Source: Nitrospirae bacterium JdFR-86
GTDB taxonomy: Bacteria; Nitrospirota; Thermodesulfovibrionia; Thermodesulfovibrionales; JdFR-86
Length of the DNA stretch: 57,743 nucleotides
Reading direction: 5' to 3'
Assembly: GCA_002011815.1 (NCBI GenBank)
Contig: MTOV01000018.1
Span: forward strand, 1 to 57,743
Below are positions 26,779 to 36,515 of this stretch, piece by piece; position 1 is the stretch's first letter; each line of letters starts with the position of its first letter. Under the pieces are notes generated by a model. That model was not told the DNA's origin. It saw nothing but the letters and a program-made list of their open reading frames with translations, and did no database searches. A program made the translations under genes and the position numbers.

Positions 26779-27551
26779 TGATTGAGTATACGGCAATTGT
26801 CTTATTCGGTCTTATAATCGGTTCTTTTCTGAATGTAGTCATCTGGAGGATGCCGAGGGGACAGTCAATAATAAGCCCGTCCTCAAGGTGTCCTTCCTGC
26901 AGCACGCCGCTCAGGGCGTGGGACAACATACCTGTGCTGAGTTATATTCTTCTCAGGGGCAGGTGCAGGTATTGCGGTGCAAGGATTGCGTTCAGATATC
27001 CTCTGGTCGAGTCGCTTAATGCATTGCTTTATGCAATGGTGCTTTACCGTTTCGGCATAGGCTGGCATATGCCTTTTTACCTTGCGTTTGTGTCTTCTTT
27101 GATTGTCATTACGTTCATAGACCTTGACTTCCAGATAATTCCGGACAGCATTACCCTTACGGCAATCCCCCTCGGACTCGTTGCAGGCTCGTTGATACTT
27201 CCGGATCCTTTCTCAAGGATGGAGCTTTTGGGATACAAGGCTTCGTTTATTGGCGCTTTGAGCGGCTTTGGACTTTTTTATGCTGTTGCTGTTCTCAGCC
27301 GGGGAGGCATGGGAGGCGGTGACATAAAGATGATGGCAATGGTCGGCGCTCTGCTCGGATGGAAAGGCGTGCTCCTTACTACACTTCTGGGAAGCTTTTC
27401 AGGCTCTGTGATCGGAATCTTCTTTATGGTATTTAAAGGAAAAGGAAGAAAAGCGAAAATTCCGTTCGGTCCTTTTATTGCATTGGGCTCGATTATAACA
27501 CTCTTCTGGGGACAGGAGATTTTTTACTGGTATCTCTATGTCGGACGCTAA
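26778..27551 (+). CDS. pilD: Prepilin peptidase (A24)
   Basis: GSFLNVVIWRMP, CPSC...CRYC, GMGGGDIK, IPFGPF. Confidence 0.95.
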   Translation: MIEYTAIVLFGLIIGSFLNVVIWRMPRGQSIISPSSRCPSCSTPLRAWDNIPVLSYILLRGRCRYCGARIAFRYPLVESLNALLYAMVLYRFGIGWHMPFYLAFVSSLIVITFIDLDFQIIPDSITLTAIPLGLVAGSLILPDPFSRMELLGYKASFIGALSGFGLFYAVAVLSRGGMGGGDIKMMAMVGALLGWKGVLLTTLLGSFSGSVIGIFFMVFKGKGRKAKIPFGPFIALGSIITLFWGQEIFYWYLYVGR

Positions 27552-28767
27552 TCTCTATATAATTCAGGCTCTTACTATCGGCATTATACTGCTTCTTGCA
27601 CTCTATATTGTCGTGTTGATTTACCTGAGGATGAGAAGAGCACGCAAAAAAACAGAGGGGACATCAGAGGTCGGCTTTGTCGTGGATACGTTTCATGAGC
27701 TTGTCTCTGCCCTGAAGGCAAAAGAAAAAGAGCTTGAAATCTTAAGAAAAAAAGCAGAGGAAAAGGCAGGGATAATCGAAGGCTACAACGAAAACATACT
27801 CCAGAGCGTCCCAAGCGGGGTGATAAGCCTTGATAAGGAATGGAAGATAGTAAAGGTGAACTCTTCGGCTGAGAGAATCCTTCAGGTGAAAGCCGAGGAT
27901 ATAATCGGGAAAGGCTTCAGGGAGGTCTTCGGCAGTCTTGATGCAGAAGGAACGGTTCAGCGTGGTGAAGCCCAGTATGTGACAGGCTCAGGCAAGAGGA
28001 TCTGGCTTGGTTTTACTCTTTCGCCACTGCTCGATGCAGACAAAAACACCATAGGTCAGCTTTTTGTCTTTACTGATTTAACAGAACTCAAGGCGCTTGA
28101 AGCGCAGGCAGAACTCAGGCAGAGGCTTTCAAGCCTCGGCGAAATGGCTGCAGGCATCGCCCATGAACTCCGGAACCCGATGGGCGTAATCGCTGGTTAT
28201 ATGCGACTCCTTGAAAAGAAAGTAGACCCGTCAGTCCAGCACATAGTAGACGCAGTGTCAAAAGAAGTCGCTGCCATGGACAGAATTATCACAGAGTTCC
28301 TCTCCTTTGCAAAGCCAAAAGAACTCGACCTCTCGGATGTAAACCTTTTCAGTCTCATAGAAAGCACTGTAGAAAACACTGTTGATGAAAAGCACGGTAT
28401 AGAGGTTCTGGTTGACGTTGACAAAGCGTTTACCCTTCAGGCAGATGAAGTCCTTTTAAGACAGGCGTTTGCAAACCTTCTTCAGAATGCCGTTGAAGCG
28501 ATGAGCGCCGGAGGAAAGATTTACATCAATGCAGACGTTGGTGACCAGTCCGTAACTGTATCCATTACTGATACAGGTTACGGCATACCTGAAAACATAA
28601 AAGACAGGATATTCCTTCCGTTTTATACCACAAAGGAAAAGGGCACCGGCCTTGGTCTTGCCATAGTGCATAGAATCATTACAAGCCACGGGGGAAACAT
28701 CGACGTCGAAAGCAGTGATAAGGGAACAACTTTCAGAATAAGGCTTCCCCTGAAAAAAGCAGAATAA
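27538..28767 (+). CDS. PAS-domain sensor histidine kinase (PilS/NtrB-like)
   Basis: TM helix, PAS, AGIAHELRNPM, NLLQNA, GTGLGL. Confidence 0.9.
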   Translation: MSDANLYIIQALTIGIILLLALYIVVLIYLRMRRARKKTEGTSEVGFVVDTFHELVSALKAKEKELEILRKKAEEKAGIIEGYNENILQSVPSGVISLDKEWKIVKVNSSAERILQVKAEDIIGKGFREVFGSLDAEGTVQRGEAQYVTGSGKRIWLGFTLSPLLDADKNTIGQLFVFTDLTELKALEAQAELRQRLSSLGEMAAGIAHELRNPMGVIAGYMRLLEKKVDPSVQHIVDAVSKEVAAMDRIITEFLSFAKPKELDLSDVNLFSLIESTVENTVDEKHGIEVLVDVDKAFTLQADEVLLRQAFANLLQNAVEAMSAGGKIYINADVGDQSVTVSITDTGYGIPENIKDRIFLPFYTTKEKGTGLGLAIVHRIITSHGGNIDVESSDKGTTFRIRLPLKKAE

Positions 28768-28772
28768 AAGAT

Positions 28773-29420
28773 TTATGCATTCATGAGTGCAACCACCCAG
28801 AGGATAAAAGACATGACAAAACAGCAAATGCCATAGACAGCAGGTCTTTTTCTTACCCTCAGGTTTCTGTCGAATCCTTTAAAGATAATAAATATGATTG
28901 ATGCCACCCAGCCTGTAAAGCCGACTGCAGAAAGCATACTCCATAGAGGACTTGGCGCTCTGTCTGTCTTGAGAACATAAAGATGTTTTTCAATTTCTTT
29001 TTCAAACTCATCAGGGCGTATAGCCCCTTCTTTGAGCAGGATTTCTGTGTTAAGCCTTGCGATTTTCTCATCGCATTTGTCTATCCAGTGTTTCTTTGGA
29101 GTAAAGAGGCTTCTTGATGCGTAGAGGGAGCTTCTTAGAGAAGAATAAGCTGCGTTAGCCCTTTGAAGTTGCCCTTTTTTTTCAAACATTTCACCCATCT
29201 GCCATAGCCGTTGTGCGGCTTTTTCCGTATAAGGCGAAAACGGAATATAAAAATGCATTGAGGTGGTGTATTCCCTTACTGCAAGCTTCCAGTTGGATTT
29301 CTTGTAGTGGTTTTCAGCCTTAATGAAGTGGTTTCTCTGGAGGTAAAAAACCCTTCCTGAGACAAAAGTCAGTATGATGAAAAAGACGATTAACCCTTTA
29401 AACAGCGAACTTTTCGGCAT
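28773..29420 (-). CDS. Hypothetical membrane protein
   Basis: 215-aa ORF; N-terminal TM, helical region, two C-terminal TMs. Confidence 0.7.
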   Translation of the reverse strand: MPKSSLFKGLIVFFIILTFVSGRVFYLQRNHFIKAENHYKKSNWKLAVREYTTSMHFYIPFSPYTEKAAQRLWQMGEMFEKKGQLQRANAAYSSLRSSLYASRSLFTPKKHWIDKCDEKIARLNTEILLKEGAIRPDEFEKEIEKHLYVLKTDRAPSPLWSMLSAVGFTGWVASIIFIIFKGFDRNLRVRKRPAVYGICCFVMSFILWVVALMNA

Positions 29421-29545
29421 TTTCCCAAATTATACCACCTGTTACTGGCAGAAGCACGTAAGCTTGATGAACCTTTGTTAAATATGTATAATAACAGCCT
29501 CAACTCCGCTTTCGATTCAATCCCGGGGGGGCTTAGAAACAATCA

Positions 29546-30865
29546 ATGAACAGACAGCTGGTCATACTCTCCAGCGACAGCGAAACTGTGTCAAATATCA
29601 GGAAGGCGCTTGAGCCGCTATGCTGTGGAATAACAGTGAAGCAGAGGCTTTCATCCTGCCTGAAGGCAATAAAAGGCTCGGAACTTATACTTCTTGACCT
29701 GTCTGACAAAGACACCTCTGTTTTAAACGAGATAAAGTCATATCATCCAGAGGCTCTGGTGCTTGTAATAGTGTCAGACGGCTGTAGTACCAAAGCCTAT
29801 GAAGACGGGGCACTGTGTTGTCTGGAAAAGCCAGTGGATTTGCTCGAGCTGAAAGTAACTGTCCGGAATGCCTTTACGCTTATGGAACTCAGGCAGGAAG
29901 TCGGGATGCTTAGAAGCGCTGAGGTTCCAAAACTCATAGTAGGGAAAAACCTCAAAATGCTAAAAGTCCTGAAACAGATAGAAAAGGCAGCGGCAAAAGA
30001 CACCCCTGTGCTTATATCAGGAGAGGAAGGCACAGGAAAAGAAGTGGTTGCAAAGGCAATACACTTTACGAGCGCACGAAAAACAGGGCGTTTCGTATTA
30101 GTTGAAAACTCTGACAGACTCGAGGAGGAACTCTTTGGAAAAATCTCTGACAGGGGTGTGCTGCCAGGCAAGATTATAAATGCAGAAGGAGGCACCTTAT
30201 TTCTTAAGGAATGCGACAAGATGACTCCAGAGTTCAGAAAAAAACTTTCAAGATTCATAAAAGACAAGCAGTTCAGCCCTGTTAACGGCACAGAGGAAAC
30301 GAAGGCTGACGTCAGAGTCATCTGTGCAGTCAGTTCCATTGAAAAAGAAGACCCTTTCTGCCGGAACTTTCCTCAGGAGATAAAACTTCCCCCGCTCAGA
30401 CAAAGACGGGAAGACATAATCCCCCTTGCCGAACACTTCCTTAAGATGTCGGAGAAGACCTTTTATGAGGGTCCAAAAAGCCTTTCTAAAGACGCAAAAA
30501 AAGCCCTGCTTGAATATCACTGGCCAGGCAATGTGAGTGAGTTGAAAAAGACCATAAGAAAGGCTTACGTGCTTTCAAGGAATAACATAATAGAAGACCA
30601 TCACCTTGCCTTTGAAGACGGCTCTTCGTCTTATTCAATAAAAGAGTTCCTCGAAGATAAATTGAAAAAATATATAAAAGAGATGACAAAGCTCGGAAGC
30701 TCAGGCATTTACGACACCGTGGTCTCTGAAGTAGAAAAAGCATTAATAGAGCTGGTGCTTAAAGAAACCGGCGGAAATCAGATAAAAGCAGCGAAGACCC
30801 TCGGCATAAACAGAAATACATTAAGAATGAAGATAAAAAATTACAAGATAAAAAACCCTTTCTAA
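29546..30865 (+). CDS. NtrC/Fis-family regulator with degenerate REC and AAA+ domains
   Basis: GEEGTGKE, WPGNVSEL, GNQIKAAKTLGINRNTL; no GAFTGA; Walker B reads LFLKE. Confidence 0.85.
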   Translation: MNRQLVILSSDSETVSNIRKALEPLCCGITVKQRLSSCLKAIKGSELILLDLSDKDTSVLNEIKSYHPEALVLVIVSDGCSTKAYEDGALCCLEKPVDLLELKVTVRNAFTLMELRQEVGMLRSAEVPKLIVGKNLKMLKVLKQIEKAAAKDTPVLISGEEGTGKEVVAKAIHFTSARKTGRFVLVENSDRLEEELFGKISDRGVLPGKIINAEGGTLFLKECDKMTPEFRKKLSRFIKDKQFSPVNGTEETKADVRVICAVSSIEKEDPFCRNFPQEIKLPPLRQRREDIIPLAEHFLKMSEKTFYEGPKSLSKDAKKALLEYHWPGNVSELKKTIRKAYVLSRNNIIEDHHLAFEDGSSSYSIKEFLEDKLKKYIKEMTKLGSSGIYDTVVSEVEKALIELVLKETGGNQIKAAKTLGINRNTLRMKIKNYKIKNPF

Positions 30866-30892
30866 GCGCAGACCGACGCCTGATAATCTTAG

Positions 30893-31684
30893 TTATTCCA
30901 TTTTTGTATCTTTAAGTGCATCTTTGCATGGGCATTCTCTTTTGCCTGGGATAAGCGGGAATATTTCTTTCAGAAGATGTTTTATCTTTTCGTTTGACTC
31001 TTCCATTTTCTTAATGACTTCCACTGTGGTCAGTTTTTTTCCGGAGATGCCTGCTGCGTGGTTTGTAACCACTGCAATGGCTGAAAAGCAGATTTCAAGC
31101 TCTCTTGCAAGTGCTGCTTCAGGCATGCCTGTCATTCCGATTACGTCTCCGCCTATCATGCCGAAGAATTTTATCTCTGCTTTGCTTTCGAGTCTTGGTC
31201 CGTTGACACAGACGTAAGTGCCGCTTTCTCTAAGCTCTATGCCGGCTTTCTCTGCCGCCCTGAGGATGCTCTCTCTTAGTTCCGGGCAGTAAGGCTCTGT
31301 AAAGTCTATATGCACGACCTCGCTGTCACCATAAAAGGTAGAAGGTCGTGCTCCCTGAACCATGTCGATAATCTGGTCAAGCAGGACTATGTCACCGGGC
31401 TTGAATCCAGTGTTTATTCCGCCTGAGGCATTGACGGATATGATGCGTTCTACTCCAATTTCTCTGAATCCCCAGATGTTTGCCCTGTAGTTTATTCTGT
31501 CCGGCGGTATGTGATGGGGCAGACCGTGTCTTGGAAGAAAGGCAATCTCGATACCTGAGATGTCCACTATCCTGTAAGGGGCAGACGGCTTGCCAAACGG
31601 AGTGGTTATGGTTTTTTCTCCAACCGTGCGAAAGCCTGAAATCTCATAAAGCCCACTTCCTCCTATGACACCTATCAATGGCAT
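30893..31684 (-). CDS. mtnP: S-methyl-5'-thioadenosine phosphorylase
   Basis: IGGSGLY, TPFG, PRHG..H..PP..INYRANI, GPRLES, GMTGMPEA. Confidence 0.9.
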   Translation of the reverse strand: MPLIGVIGGSGLYEISGFRTVGEKTITTPFGKPSAPYRIVDISGIEIAFLPRHGLPHHIPPDRINYRANIWGFREIGVERIISVNASGGINTGFKPGDIVLLDQIIDMVQGARPSTFYGDSEVVHIDFTEPYCPELRESILRAAEKAGIELRESGTYVCVNGPRLESKAEIKFFGMIGGDVIGMTGMPEAALARELEICFSAIAVVTNHAAGISGKKLTTVEVIKKMEESNEKIKHLLKEIFPLIPGKRECPCKDALKDTKME

Positions 31685-31722
31685 GATATAATAGTAACTT
31701 AAAGAATATTTAAAGGCAAACG

Positions 31723-33105
31723 ATGCTTGATTCAGAACTCCTGGGAAAAGTTATAAAAAAGGCTCTGTCCTGTGGCGGAGATTATGCTGATGTGTTCGTC
31801 GAATGGAGAAAACCCACGCATATCCAGCTTGAAGGAGACAAGATAGAGAGGATTCTCTCCGGAGTAGAGCAGGGAGTCGGCATAAGAGTAATTTATAACG
31901 GAAAGACCGCCTATGCCTTTAGTAACGACCTGACTGAAAAAACACTCATTGAAGTGGCTGAGACTCTGAGCAGAGCAGTTAAAAATAACAAGGTCTCACA
32001 TGATATAGACCTCAGAAAGAAAAAACCGGAGACGGAATTTCATATAAAACTTCCTCCTGACTCTGTGCCAATGGAAAGGAAGATAGGGCTTGTAAAGGGT
32101 GCAAACAGGGTCGCAAGGGGTTATGACAAGCGGGTAAAGCAGGTGAAAGTCATTTATGGAGACTCTGTTCAGCGTGTTCAGATAGCCACTTCAGAAGGCA
32201 ATATAGCAGAAGATGAACGCATACATACAATCGGGGTGGTTCAGGTGGTTGCCGAGGAAAACGGTGTTATACAGACAGGGTATGAACCACACGGCGGATT
32301 TATCGGCTTTGAGCTTTTCGATGAGGTTTCACTTGAGGATGCGGCTTTGAAGGCAGCAAAGCGTGCCGTTATGATGCTTATGGCAAGGAAGGCACCAGGC
32401 GGCAGGATGCCTGTGGTCATATCCTCTGAAGCCGGAGGCACAATGATACACGAAGCCATAGGTCACGGTCTTGAGGCAGACCTTGCAGGACAGGGACTTT
32501 CCAAATACACAGGTAAGATTGGGCAGCAGGTGGCATCCAGTCTTGTTACAGTTATAGATGATGCAACGCTTTCAGGCAAAAGAGGCTCTTTCAGGTTCGA
32601 CGACGAGGGCACCCTGGCACAGAAAACAATCCTTGTAAAAGACGGAGTGCTTCTCGGATATATGTATGACAGGCTTTCAGCCATGCGGGAAAACGTCTCA
32701 TCCACAGGCAACGGAAGAAGACAGTCATATCAATATAGACCTATTCCAAGGATGACAAATACATTTATTGCACCAGGGAGCTCTTCACCTGAAGAGGTCT
32801 TGAAATCAACCCCAAAGGGGATTTTTGTCAAAAAGATGGGAGGTGGGCAGGTAAACACCGTAACCGGAGATTTTGTCTTCGATGTGCAGGAGGGTTATCT
32901 GATAGAGGACGGCACAATAGGTGAGCCTGTAAGAGGGGCAACCCTTACTGGAAACGGGCCTGAAGTGCTTAAATCCATAGATATGGTTGCCTCAGACCTC
33001 GGCTTTTCTATAGGCACATGCGGCAAGGACGCGCAGGGAGTCCCTGTCTCAGATGCCATGCCAACTATAAGAATACCCGAAATGGTCGTGGGCGGAGAAC
33101 TCTGA
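31723..33105 (+). CDS. tldD: TldD metalloprotease
   Basis: HEAIGHGLEAD, FDDEG, STGNGRR, PRMTNT, CGKDAQGVPV. Confidence 0.93.
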   Translation: MLDSELLGKVIKKALSCGGDYADVFVEWRKPTHIQLEGDKIERILSGVEQGVGIRVIYNGKTAYAFSNDLTEKTLIEVAETLSRAVKNNKVSHDIDLRKKKPETEFHIKLPPDSVPMERKIGLVKGANRVARGYDKRVKQVKVIYGDSVQRVQIATSEGNIAEDERIHTIGVVQVVAEENGVIQTGYEPHGGFIGFELFDEVSLEDAALKAAKRAVMMLMARKAPGGRMPVVISSEAGGTMIHEAIGHGLEADLAGQGLSKYTGKIGQQVASSLVTVIDDATLSGKRGSFRFDDEGTLAQKTILVKDGVLLGYMYDRLSAMRENVSSTGNGRRQSYQYRPIPRMTNTFIAPGSSSPEEVLKSTPKGIFVKKMGGGQVNTVTGDFVFDVQEGYLIEDGTIGEPVRGATLTGNGPEVLKSIDMVASDLGFSIGTCGKDAQGVPVSDAMPTIRIPEMVVGGEL

Positions 33106-33188
33106 AAAGTGTGTCTGTAACTACACAGTTGATGAAGACAAACAACACTCTCCGGTAAGAAACCCTTGATTTTAAAGGGCTTTAAATC

Positions 33189-33204
33189 TGGCATTTTACT
33201 TGCT
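33189..33204 (+). promoter_or_regulatory. sigma54 -24/-12 promoter upstream of lpxC
   Basis: TGGCAT-TTTAC-TTGCT with exact GG-N10-GC spacing. Confidence 0.65.
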
Positions 33205-33223
33205 TAAAAATATTATATTAGAG

Positions 33224-34105
33224 ATGAGTTTCCAGAGGACTTTAAAAAAAGAACTGGTGTTTGAAGGCAAAGGGCTTCATACAGGGGAGCATGCGGTTGT
33301 CAAGCTCAAGCCTGCTCCGAAGGACACCGGTATAGTCTTCTGCCGTACAGACAAGGGTGCTGTCATAAGCGCCAATGTCAATTCAGTGAGCGACACTGCA
33401 TTTGCAACCACTCTGGGGTCAAACGGCACAAAGATAAAGACAGTAGAGCATATCCTTGCAGCTGTCTCAGGTCTTGGCATAGACAACCTCATCATCGAGG
33501 TTAATGGTCCTGAAATCCCGATACTCGACGGCAGCTCCGCAAAATTTGTAGATATGATATTAAAAGGCGGAATTGCAAGGCAGTCGTCCGAACGGCTGTA
33601 TATAGAAGTGCTAAAACCAATAGTCTTTAAGGAAGGCAAGACAGAAATAACCGCCCTGCCTTACGAGGGCAGAAGGATTACCTGCCAGATTCATTTCAAA
33701 CACCGCATCTTAGGCCATCAGAAGATGAGTGTCGAGCTTGAGGAGGAGAGCTTTATCAAGGAACTTGCCCCTGCAAGAACATTCGGGTTTCTGAAGGATG
33801 TGGAGTATCTCAGGGCTAAAGGGCTGGCAAAAGGCGGTTCTTTGGAAAATGCGGTCATTCTCGGCGAAGACGGGGTGATTAACGATTCCGGCTTGAGATT
33901 CGAGGATGAGTTTATAAGACACAAAATACTGGATTTTATCGGAGACCTGTCTCTTCTCGGATTCCCGGTATACGGACATATCTTGGCTACCAGACCCGGA
34001 CATACTGCCAATATGAAGTTTATTAAGAAATTTCTTTCGTGTTCAGACTGCTGGCGGATTGTCTCAGGGGCTGAGAGACATCGCAAAGAAGCCGTATTTT
34101 CCTAA
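33224..34105 (+). CDS. lpxC: UDP-3-O-acyl-N-acetylglucosamine deacetylase
   Basis: QRTL, GLHTG, TVEH, EIPILDGS, ARTFGF, RHKILDFIGDL. Confidence 0.96.
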   Translation: MSFQRTLKKELVFEGKGLHTGEHAVVKLKPAPKDTGIVFCRTDKGAVISANVNSVSDTAFATTLGSNGTKIKTVEHILAAVSGLGIDNLIIEVNGPEIPILDGSSAKFVDMILKGGIARQSSERLYIEVLKPIVFKEGKTEITALPYEGRRITCQIHFKHRILGHQKMSVELEEESFIKELAPARTFGFLKDVEYLRAKGLAKGGSLENAVILGEDGVINDSGLRFEDEFIRHKILDFIGDLSLLGFPVYGHILATRPGHTANMKFIKKFLSCSDCWRIVSGAERHRKEAVFS

Positions 34106-34195
34106 AAAACCAATTATTTCAAAGGGTTTTAATTTCCAGCTTGATTTTTCCCTGAAATCGGCTTTTAATATAGGGTATGAAAGCCTAAAAGGAGA

Positions 34196-34219
34196 GGCTG
34201 GGGAATTTCTTCCCCAGCC
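34196..34219 (-). terminator. Rho-independent terminator after the histone-like gene
   Basis: ggctggggaa-tttc-ttccccagcc 10-bp stem; pyrimidine/T tract on the minus strand. Confidence 0.7.
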
Positions 34220-34225
34220 GTTAGC

Positions 34226-34390
34226 TTATTTTTTCTTTTTTGTTGTCTTCTTAGCAGTAGTCTTTTTCTTGGCGGTCTTCTTTGAAGCCGCCTTTTTTGT
34301 TGCTTTCTTAGCAGTGGTCTTCTTTTTGGCAGTAGTCTTCTTCTTAGCGGTGGTCTTCTTCTTGGCAGCGGCTTTCTTCTTAATAGCCAT
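34226..34390 (-). CDS. 54-aa Lys/Ala/Thr-rich histone H1-like protein (missing from the ORF track)
   Basis: MAIKKKAAAKKKTTAKKKTTAKKKTTAKKATKKAASKKTAKKKTTAKKTTKKKK; AAAGGAGGTG RBS; terminator follows. Confidence 0.85.
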   Translation of the reverse strand: MAIKKKAAAKKKTTAKKKTTAKKKTTAKKATKKAASKKTAKKKTTAKKTTKKKK

Positions 34391-34437
34391 CAAATCACCT
34401 CCTTTCTACTGCCCCGCAGCTATGGGGACACTTATGT

Positions 34438-34989
34438 TTAAACCCTGCCGATGAGCGAGATCCTTTTGCCTGAAAGGATTCGCTTTAGGGCTGAATCCCT
34501 TTTTTTCCTTTTCAGCTTGTATTCCTCTTCTTCCATCTCGGTACAGTTTATCCTGCAGCCGAATTTCCTCTCTATGTCTTTTAATTCTTTCTGTATAGAT
34601 GTTTCGGCTCCTATGACCATAAGGTCAACTCTGTCAACATCTTCACCTTCGGCATAAGGACCGTAGATGAAAGCGGCTCTTGCACCGGCTGCTCTCAGCA
34701 CTGCTTTTAGTGCACCGGGCAAGCCAAGGGATTTTGTTATAAGGTTTTTGAGTTCGGAATAAAGAGGTGATTCTTTGTTTGCCTGAAAGTATTTAAGATT
34801 GGCGACTCTTTCGCTGAAGACAATACCCATCTTTTCGAGGTTGTCGAGCTCCCGCTTAACTCCGGAGGGATTTTTTCTGAGGAGTTTGGCTATTTCTCTG
34901 ACGTAAAACTTTTCATCAGGACTGTTCAGCAGAAGCGATAGAACATCAGCCCTTATAGAAGATGAGAATAAACTTTTTAACATCCTCAT
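34438..34989 (-). CDS. wHTH plus degenerate minimal nucleotidyltransferase-like protein
   Basis: LFSSSIR...FYVREIA...ELDNLEKMG wHTH; FIYGPYAEGE...VDLMVIG. Confidence 0.75.
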   Translation of the reverse strand: MRMLKSLFSSSIRADVLSLLLNSPDEKFYVREIAKLLRKNPSGVKRELDNLEKMGIVFSERVANLKYFQANKESPLYSELKNLITKSLGLPGALKAVLRAAGARAAFIYGPYAEGEDVDRVDLMVIGAETSIQKELKDIERKFGCRINCTEMEEEEYKLKRKKRDSALKRILSGKRISLIGRV

Positions 34990-35210
34990 CGTTAGAGAGT
35001 TATAACATAACGAGTATTTTTTGTCAACGAAAAAATTAGATTTTGAAACAAAAGATTCATTTTTTTAAACGATGCCATTTGGAGAACAATCGTTCCAAAT
35101 TTGGAATCATGAATAATATCTCTCTCTGAACTCCTTTTTTCCAAGTGCAGAAGGCACAGGGATTCGTTTGAATTGACATCGTTCTACAAGTCGTGTAAAT
35201 TCTTAATATC

Positions 35211-36515
35211 ATGTCAGAGGCTGGTTTGACAGGCAAGGCAGCAATAGCCAGTATCAAAGCGAGACTAAGGCTCCTCAGGGCGCTGACTACCTTTATAATG
35301 ATCACACTCATCGCCATTATAATCAGATACCTTTATGCGCCTGCAAATGATGTCTTCGGTTTCCTGCCGGACGTGTCAGTAGCCGTGATACTGCTGATAA
35401 TTGCCATGCTCGTTGTGATAGGGTTTTACCTGTCGGGGGTGCTTACGAAGCAGATAGTCTCGATTATTGACCAGCACAGCAAAAGGCTCAATGACATGCT
35501 CAATATTACAAAAGAAATAAGGGAAGAAATCTACGGAGACATATTGCTTGAGAAGATAATGGACTATTCCTTGAGTATTACAAAATCTGAAGCAGGGTCC
35601 ATTCTTCTGCTTGACGATGACCAGAATCTTGTCTTTAAGCTTGTCAGGGGGAGCAAGGTGGATGAGCTTACTGGCAGGGTTGTTCCGAAAGGCAAGGGCA
35701 TAGGCGGATGGGTTGCAGAGCACGGAACACCACTTTTTGTCGAGGATGTGAGTAAAGATGAAAGATTTGACCCGACCATGGACGAGATTATCGGATATAA
35801 GACCCGTTCGATACTCTGTGTACCCCTGAGGACAAAAAGCAACACTATCGGTGTGGTAGAGCTTCTGAACAAGAAAGAGGGCTTTTACACAGATAGCGAT
35901 GTTGAGCTGGTGGGCTACTTTGCCGACCACGCTGCCATATCTCTGGAGAGGGCGAGGTTTTACGAAGACCAGAGAAATTATGAGATACATCTTACTGATA
36001 TATTGCTCGATACCATCGACCGTTTCATTCCTGAAAAGCTCGGGCATTCAAAAAGGGTTGCGAAGTACGCCAATATAATTGCAAAAGCGATGGATATGCC
36101 GGAAGAAAGGAAAAGAAGGCTCTATTTTGCCAGCCTTCTCCATGATATAGGTTTCCTGAAGATAGCCCCCACCGAGAGTTTTATGAAAGAGAGGTTTATG
36201 GTGCATCCCAATGTAGGCTATGAAATGTTGAATCCAATCAGCTTCTACAAGGATATTGCTCCGTATATTCTTCATCACCACGAAAGGTATGACGGCTACG
36301 GCTATCCGGATAAACTTAAAGGGGATGATATACCCCTTGAGTCGAGGATAATAGCGATTGCAGAGGCGTTTGACTCTATGGTGAGCAAGTTTTCTTACCG
36401 GGTGGCTGTTAATTTTGAAGTAGCGGTGGAAGAACTGAAGCGTAATGCCGGCTCACAGTTTGACCCTGAGCTGGTCAAATTGTTTGTCGAAAATGTTCAG
36501 GAACCGATAGAGTAA
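35211..36515 (+). CDS. Membrane GAF plus HD-GYP phosphohydrolase
   Basis: Two TMs, GAF (GIGGWVA, SILCVPL), HSKRV, LLHDIG, HHERYDGYGYP. Confidence 0.9.
   Translation: MSEAGLTGKAAIASIKARLRLLRALTTFIMITLIAIIIRYLYAPANDVFGFLPDVSVAVILLIIAMLVVIGFYLSGVLTKQIVSIIDQHSKRLNDMLNITKEIREEIYGDILLEKIMDYSLSITKSEAGSILLLDDDQNLVFKLVRGSKVDELTGRVVPKGKGIGGWVAEHGTPLFVEDVSKDERFDPTMDEIIGYKTRSILCVPLRTKSNTIGVVELLNKKEGFYTDSDVELVGYFADHAAISLERARFYEDQRNYEIHLTDILLDTIDRFIPEKLGHSKRVAKYANIIAKAMDMPEERKRRLYFASLLHDIGFLKIAPTESFMKERFMVHPNVGYEMLNPISFYKDIAPYILHHHERYDGYGYPDKLKGDDIPLESRIIAIAEAFDSMVSKFSYRVAVNFEVAVEELKRNAGSQFDPELVKLFVENVQEPIE

Noticed and set aside
34059-34454. 131-aa Phe/Val-rich plus-strand ORF
   Set aside because: Antisense shadow of the Lys-rich 54-aa gene, which has the RBS and terminator
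35084-35095. GAAC-N4-GTTC LexA-like box
   Set aside because: Single short match between non-SOS genes, and the LexA motif of this lineage is uncertain
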